64,000 nucleotides of DNA. Origin: Octopus vulgaris. Lineage: Eukaryota. The notes under the pieces are model-generated. The model was not told the DNA's origin, did no database searches, and was given only the letters and a program-made list of their open reading frames with translations. The stretch lies in NCBI GenBank assembly GCA_951406725.2, contig OX597816.1, forward strand, positions 98,394,001 to 98,458,000. Direction: 5' to 3'. The position numbers and the translations under genes were made by a program. Of this stretch, positions 56,076 through 64,000 are shown one piece after another; the first letter of the stretch is position 1; every line of letters begins with the position of its first letter.

Positions 56076-57949
56076 TATTATATGTGTGGTAGAATGTATA
56101 ATTATATTACATAATAGAATACTATATCATATAATACAATAATATATGATATCATGCAATATTATGTAATACAATAAGTTATCCCATTGGGATACAGTGA
56201 GTTGCTCACATGCAATCACATGAGAGAAGCAGAGCAGCTCCAGCACAAAAAGCAGAGAAAATAACTCAAGTAAAAAGAACGGAACGAATATTATGAACAT
56301 AAGGACAATGAACATTAGCGATTTTATTTGAAAATCGCACGATTTGTTTTCTGTATTCACTATATTTCATTAAGTTGGAAAATAATACAGCTGCATTTTG
56401 TAGGTAAAAATGCTCGGCTGAGACTTTCTTATTCCGTCATATCAATGAGATTTATATTTAGTATAACTTAATTTGCTATTGCTTTATATGAATTGATCCC
56501 TCTTAGTACATGGATTGCGTAGATATACGATACATCCCTAAGGAGATTATAACGTCTGAAACATGTTTCAACAGTTGACTGTAGACAAATGAGTTCCACT
56601 CATCATTGCATTCGCTAAATTATTAAAACGAATATTTCTCATCTTTATTATTTAAGTTAACAGCTATCATTGTTAGTCATTAAACATCCTTAAAGTGCAT
56701 TTATCTCAATGATTTAAAGAGATGATCATCTCCATTGAAAGTGATTTCCCAAGTCATTTTATGTTTCATGCAGCAGAGATTACATCATTTGTAATTCGTA
56801 TCCCTCTTTAGGCTGATGCACACACATACAAAACACATGGACACACGCGCACTCCCTGTACAACTCATAAATGCACTCACATTCACGCATGTATAGATAT
56901 AAATGTGGGGTTACATGTTTGTGTTTGTGTTAATATTATGTGTTTCTGATTGTGTCCGCTGGCGTTTGTTTGAAAGTGTGTTTGCGTGTGTGTTTGTGCG
57001 TGCGCGTGCGTGCGTGTGCATGCGTGCGTGTGTGTTTGTGTTGTCCGCTTCTTCATATGAACTGAACGTGTGTGCGAGACGCCTGTCATGTGGATATGTC
57101 GGTTTTATAAATATACGTTTACTTTTGCTTCAGTTTTATTCTTATTTCTTTAGATTTCCATTTCTGTTCTTAGTCTTTCAGCATTTTTGCACTGATGTTA
57201 ATGAAGCATTTATTTTATTTTCTTTCTTTCTTTCTTTCTTTTATTTATTTATTTATTTCTGTCTGTCTGTCTTTATTTATTTATTTCAAATGAAGCATTG
57301 ATCCTGATACAGCAAAAAACTATTAATATCAACAGAGATAGACATATACAAATAGGAAAAAATATATACATCTAACCTCAAAATACATATGCACACCGAG
57401 GAATAGTTTCAGGCCAAGTCACACTTATATACTTACGCGCATACATACCTACGTATAGACGTATATATATATATAAAGACACACATACATACACATGAGA
57501 AATGAATGTGTATATATTTGTGCGTGCCTGCGTTTGTACGTATGTATGCGACACTAAATGTGCTCCTGCGTGCATACAAACATCTGTAAATAGACGTTGA
57601 TATCTAATAATATATCATAATTTAAAAAGAAGAAACATTCATGCCAAATTCATGAACCGATACACGCATGTTTTGTGTGTGTGTGTGTGTGTGTGAGCGA
57701 AAGGCAGACAGACGGACGGACGGAGACGGAGAGTGTGTCTAATGATACACTCATACTCATACAAATTGAGAGAACCTGACTGACAGGAAGTGATAGAGAT
57801 AAATGAATAAATAAAAAGCTCGCTATACAGGTAAATAGATAGATAGATAGATAGATAGATACATACATACATACATACATACATACATAAAGAGATCGAT
57901 AGATAGCTACAAATACTTTCATGTGAAGAAAACGAATCAAATACCATTT

Positions 57950-58325
57950 TATAATATGGCCAGAACCCTCATCTTCAGGTTATACGCTCGTATGGCATAT
58001 GGAAGCTGAGACAGGACGATAGAATGAGTGAAAATACAAGAAAAGTCGAGAAGAAAGTAGATGTCAAAGGTGGAAGGCTGCAAACGCAGTTATAATATTG
58101 ACGGTATTGCTCGAATATTTCTTTACTGGCAGATAGGGATGTGATCCTGTTAAGATACGCTATGATGGATTTTAGGACAGATGGGGAGTGATTGGCAGAA
58201 AAGTGAACAGAGTTAAGGTTTTTACCGGGTTTTTACGGGAAGATTGTGCTGTTTTGTAAATTTAGTGTAACATCTAGGAAATTAAGTATTTTGATACTGT
58301 AACTAAAAGCTACGCACAGACCTAG
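57950..58325 (-). mobile_element. PLE (Naiad-like) RT C-terminal fragment
   Basis: KILNFLDVTLNLQNSTIFP*KP..VHFSANHSPSVLKSII..RITSLSASKEIF; CCTGAAGA lies downstream at ~57973-57980. Confidence 0.78.
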
Positions 58326-58349
58326 AATTTAAAAAGAAAAAATATCTGA

Positions 58350-59000
58350 TTCAAAAGCAAAATCCTTATTCAACCACATGTGTCCAATTTTGTCCTATTA
58401 CCTGTCGCTATCTTTGAGGCAACTTCATGATCCCATCCTTCCATAACTTAGCATATATTTGGGTTAGAAACTGGACGAAGTAGTTCTTCTAGCCTTCTTA
58501 AGAAGTGAAGTTCTCTAGAGGATTTTGTAGGGATCGAAATAAATGGTAATTCGAAGTTGCAATGTTAAGGTCTAACAATATCCTGAAGGCAGGCGCTATC
58601 CTTTCGATCTTCCAATTCTGGGCATTTTTAATCGTTAGCCTTTTTTAATTGCTGTAATTGATAACAGTAATTCTCTAAATTCAATGTCAGATTTTGTAGA
58701 AGGAGGTCGTAATATATATCTGTTTCCAATCAAATAGGTAGAGAATATCACCTTCGGGTACTGGCCAGTTTTTGGAGGCACTAACAGTTTTTCCTGTCGT
58801 TTACAAGACATTTAACAATGCACGATGTTAAAATCTTTCCCCTTTTCTTTACTTGTGATCTTTTTTTCAAAAATGGGTTGTTTTGCAGCGTTTAAACAAG
58901 AAGACAGTACGGTCCGTATCTGTTGAGTCATGAAGCACCCATATAGTAATAGGTGGGATTTGAGCATTGGTGTGAGAGTGACATTATGAATAAAATTTGA
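58350..59000 (-). mobile_element. Decayed mariner transposase
   Basis: KITSKEK (ITGDEKW-like); FDWKQIYYDLLLQN..NYCYQLQQL; IATSNYHLFRSLQN. Confidence 0.8.
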
Positions 59001-59432
59001 GGGACTTAATACATGATACAATCTTAAATTACGCCACTATAAATCATATTTTCTATTTAATATTCATTTAATATTAATGGTAATCTCTTGTAATTAACGA
59101 AAACTTCTTAAGGAATTTCCTATGTCACGAACTTTGCGAAGAAGTTCACCTTTCCTCATCTCTGGATCCGTGCTTTATTATTTTACCTTAAATAGCGTCG
59201 TTATGATGTTCCTTGGCAGATTTCTCAGGAAGTTCATTTAGTAGTATATCAAACTAAGAATCCTGCTTCACTCTTTTACGTTACTACAAGGTGGACAAAA
59301 TGGGGATCTAGCTAAGATTAGTAAGATTCTCAGGCCAAAGGCATACACACAAGCACACGCACAAACAAACAGACATTCACACACACACACACACACACAC
59401 ACGCATACACACACATACACACGTACACACAT

Positions 59433-59690
59433 AAGGCCAGGCTTGGCTGTGTCGTTAAGACGTTTGCTTCCCAACCACATAATTCTGAGTTCAGTTTGAA
59501 ATCTTTGCACAATACCATCAATTTAAAGGTGGGGTGCGTTGATTGTATCAACTCAGTGCCAAGCTGGTACCTCGAAAGAATGAATGTCAAAGTCGACTTC
59601 GGCGCAATTTGAACTCAGAACGTAAATACGGACGATAAGCCGGTAAGCATTTTTCCCGATGTGCTAACGAATCTGCCACTTTTCCGCTTT
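59433..59690. mobile_element. SINE B head (+) joined to SINE C (-)
   Basis: GGCTGTGTCGTTAAGACGTTTGCTTCCCAACCAC; then AAAGTCGACTTCGGCGCAATTTGAACTCAGAACG..GCTAACGAATCTGCCA. Confidence 0.7.
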
Positions 59691-60779
59691 ACACTGTTCT
59701 ATTAATTAACAATATGCGTAGTGTCCTCTGTTAATAACACCATAATTGGAAAGAATTACAATGCGCTCAGACGTTTCAGTTTTACAAATAATGCAGATTA
59801 TCCAACACACCTGCTTTGGGTCTTAAACAACACAGGAAAATATACACATATCTTAAACTGAATATAAAACTCCTTCCGATATCATTTTCAGATATGATCT
59901 GCGACAAATTCCTACCTGTTACAACTACTAGAAAAGTACTTCTCATTTCTAACCAGGCCATCAACTAATTATCAGCGAAACAAACATTTCTAGTTTTTCA
60001 CTTTACAATAATGCGATCACAACCACTGATACGCACATATTTTCAACATAACAATTATAGATACAGGTAAAAACACATGCAAGGCAACATAAAATTATGC
60101 AGCCACTGCCTCACATCAGAAGTGCAACTCAGTATCAAACAATAAAACAAATAATAAGAAAATAAACCATAAAAAAGAAAAAAATATATATATTGACATA
60201 ATTTTATATAGAACGTGGACTACAAAGAAACGGTACTACGCAATTTAAAGTAATTATCAGCAACATTCAGACAATATTTCTAGTCACATTCGTAAGCTCA
60301 ATAATACGATCTTAATCCAATACCAGCGACATATTTGTGAAATAGGAAACATATGTAAGTGCAATTACCACTACAATGCATTTGTTGAAAATAATCAACG
60401 AAAAGACAAACGATGAAAAACAGATATGAAAAAAATAATCAACAGATACTTATTTGGATCTGGATTTCAACACAAGCTTCTTTCTATCATACGCACGAAA
60501 TGCAATAGCACAAAAGACACCGGCTTGGGTAACATCACAATCATACAGCTGAAACATGGAATCTGAATTAAATAGATCTTCCCAATATTTAATTAAGTCA
60601 TCCCTCTGAAATTTACAGAATCTAGAAGATCGGTAAAAAAGCGTGAAGATATTAAAACCAAACAAAAAACGCCTCAAAGTAACACGATATATAAATTTGG
60701 TTCTCCTTTACTCAGTACACTCTGAAATATTCAAGATAAGTCGGTTAAGATTTGGTCTCACTAAACTATCATTCGTATT

Positions 60780-60982
60780 CGAGTTGGCAGAACCGTTAGC
60801 ATGCTGGGGAAAATAATTAGCGGCATTTCGTTAGTTTTCACGTTCAAATTCCGCCGAAGTCGATTTTGTTTTCAATCATTTCGTAGTCGACAAAATAAGT
60901 ACAAGTCGAGCACTGGTGCCCAGGTAAGCGATTTGACCTCTTCCCAAAAGTTGCTGACCTTGTACCAAAATTTGAAACCGTT
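60780..60982 (+). mobile_element. SINE family C
   Basis: GAGTTGGCAGAACCGTTAGCA...GTTCAAATTCCGCCGAAGTCGA...AATAAGTAC. Confidence 0.8.
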
Positions 60983-61390
60983 ATTCTCCAGAAGTAGATC
61001 GACAAGTGCATCAAATTCAGGATGGAAAAAGAAAACAGAAACCCAGGATACAAAACAACAGTGTCGGATAACTGCAACCAAATGTCACTTTCAAAAACAT
61101 TAATCAAACTTGCATAAAGTACACAAAATTTAGCTTTAAAAATGAATGGTAAAAGTTAAAAAACCAAAAGAGCTTAGCGGATTCAGACAGACTTCACATG
61201 TGAAATAGAAAAACAGAAAGAAAAAATACGAACTTTAGTTTGTCTTTGGCGAAAGTTTTAACAAAAGTTTATTTCACGTTCTCTGATGTAACTCAATGCG
61301 TTGATAACTATGTGTTGTACATTATTAAATCAATACATTACTTGTTGCAATGGAATGAAAATCACACGCAAAACACATGCAAATGCTCCT

Positions 61391-61703
<313 letters not shown>

Positions 61704-62349
61704 TCCAAATTGAAGGTGTAGAGCAGGTAAAATCCTGGTTACATATGTTACCTAGCTAGTAATAATTGCTCAAGGAGTAATGCTCAGCTAGCTACTCACC
61801 AGGCCGAAGTTACATTAATTGTATGAAAGTTATTGTGTTATTATGGAATCCCAATTAAATACACACGCACACACACACATTTATGTATATATAAAATATT
61901 CCAACGTCAACTAACGAAAAATGACGTAACGAAATAGGGAGAAGTCTCCACCTTTTATTTTACTTTCTATAAATGTAAATATACCTGCGTGTGTGTGTAT
62001 GTGTATGTGTGTGTGAGTGCGTGTGTGTTTGCCTATCTGCCTGTCTGTATGTAAGTGTGTCCGTCTTTGTGTGCATGCCTAAGCACATGAATGTCAATGC
62101 ATATATGTGTGTGTGTGCGCGCGCGATTGTTTATGCTTGTGTGTGGTGGTGGTGGTGGTGGGCGGGATACTTGTATTTAAATATTTTCGGTAAATAGGAG
62201 AATATTATACTGAATAAACTTTTGTATCTAATTTTGAAATGTAAACAAAAATGTATTTCGCTTGTTCTGGAACTGAAACCGGGGAGAAACAAAATTTTCA
62301 CATACACATGCATTCACCGAATGCTTACCAAACACATTACTCAGATGTC

Positions 62350-62392
<43 letters not shown>

Positions 62393-62538
62393 GTATACTC
62401 ACATGTATAAATGCACACATACACTCATGTGTATATCTATGTATTTATATTATACATATATACATATTTCGTTTCTGTATTTAGTTTGCAAAGATTATTT
62501 ATGTGAATTTGTATGTTGAAGCATATCTTAATGTGTCT

Positions 62539-62737
62539 GGGGAGAGTCATTCTCATTTAGCGCTTTATTCTGTAACACACACGCCGGTTCGATTTCCCCT
62601 CATTCACTTATTCATTTTTTTCTAACGAAAATAATATGCAAGATTGGACGAAAATTTAAGAAAAATTAAATAAATGAGTGGAAATCGAACTGGTGAGCGT
62701 GTTAATTAATAAAGCCCGAAAAGAGAATGACTTTCCC
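62539..62737. repeat. Small diverged foldback (~85-bp arms) next to (TA)n
   Basis: GGGAGAGTCATTCTC..CTTTATT..TAACAC..CCGGTTCGATTTCC vs GGAAATCGAACTGG..GTGTTA..AATAAAG..GAGAATGACTTTCCC. Confidence 0.8.
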
Positions 62738-62772
62738 GAAAATATATATATATATGTGTGTATGTGTGTGTG

Positions 62773-62843
<71 letters not shown>

Positions 62844-63213
62844 GCGTGTATGTATATATATATATATTTACATTTACACGCACACACACATACACACACT
62901 GAAGCACGTACACAAATACACACAAACACACGCACGACAAAAAATATTGAGTGAAATGTATAGAGAAATCTGTGTGCAAGCGTATAAAATAACCTTAACA
63001 TGCAATTCAAAGGTCTTCATAACAATTCTATATAAAGGGTGCACGTGTCCATTTTATTTTCAGGCTCTTACACTTTCATTTAGTGGGTAGTTACTTTTCA
63101 TGGTTATACAAATCCATGATCAGCAGATCATCTCCGAAACTGACGGATGAACCAACACACATTTAGACAGACACACGCGCGCGCAGAATGTGTGTGTGTA
63201 AATATAAATATAA

Positions 63214-63271
<58 letters not shown>

Positions 63272-63276
63272 ATCTA

Positions 63277-63330
<54 letters not shown>

Positions 63331-64000
63331 AACACATATATATGTACATAAACATATATATATATAGTTAAATAGATAGATAGATGATAGATAGGAAGAT
63401 AAATAAATAGATATTTGTTTCTATACATAAGCATGTATGTATGTAAATGTGTATGCATTTATGTATGTATGTATATCGTTTGAGTGTGTGTCATATGAAT
63501 GCATTACGAGTTATAGATAGAGATCGAAGACTGTGAAGAGATAAACATAGATATGGATGACGTTCGTGTGTGTGTGTATGTGTGTGTGTCAGTGTGCATA
63601 TTTGTGTGTGTGTGCATGTGTCTTTATGCAATTGTATTATTCGTGTCTGTATATTTGAGCATGTGTGTATGCGTATGTTTGTGCATGCTCACACGCGTAT
63701 ACGTCTGTGTTTTATACACACGTGTACGACAACTTAGTCTCTGACACTTCCTATATCTGTCTTTCTCTCCTCTTCTCACTCTGTGCATGTCATTACCAGC
63801 TGACTGCAAATTTTCTTTCACTAAAGCAACAAGAAGAAATTAACAAGTTATAGAAAAATCTGATGGGTACGTACATCTAATGTAAATATTAGGGAAACTA
63901 TTCCTCTGGAATCTGACACTAACTTATATAGTAAAACACCCTAACGACTCTATTCTTCTCCGAAATACCACACAGAGTAGTTTTCTTTCAAATTCTGCCT

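Overview
AT-rich, microsatellite-dense eukaryotic DNA, intergenic or intronic. The SINE families and repeat landscape look cephalopod (Octopus-like); this is inference. I found no credible host protein-coding gene, and almost all ORF-track entries are translations of (TA)n/(CA)n/(TAA)n or antisense frames of transposon relics. The window holds tRNA-derived SINEs, decayed LINEs (Tx1/L1-like, RTE, R4/Dong-like in (TAA)n, HERO/NeSL-like), mariner/Tc1-type relics, non-autonomous Helitrons and at least six fragments of Penelope-like elements (PLEs; RT and GIY-YIG motifs). The standout is a set of non-coding units carrying minimal type I hammerhead ribozymes, abutting (TA)n tracts, at 539-1140, 1648-3312, 31358-32185 and 48933-50152. 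Three are circularly permuted tandem multimers of 0.5-0.57 kb, and three are back-to-back inverted (foldback) arrays. The youngest multimer (1648-3312) has four intact-looking hammerheads spaced 543-544 nt apart on each strand. I interpret this as a candidate retrozyme-like (circular RNA) retroelement system mobilised by PLE machinery.
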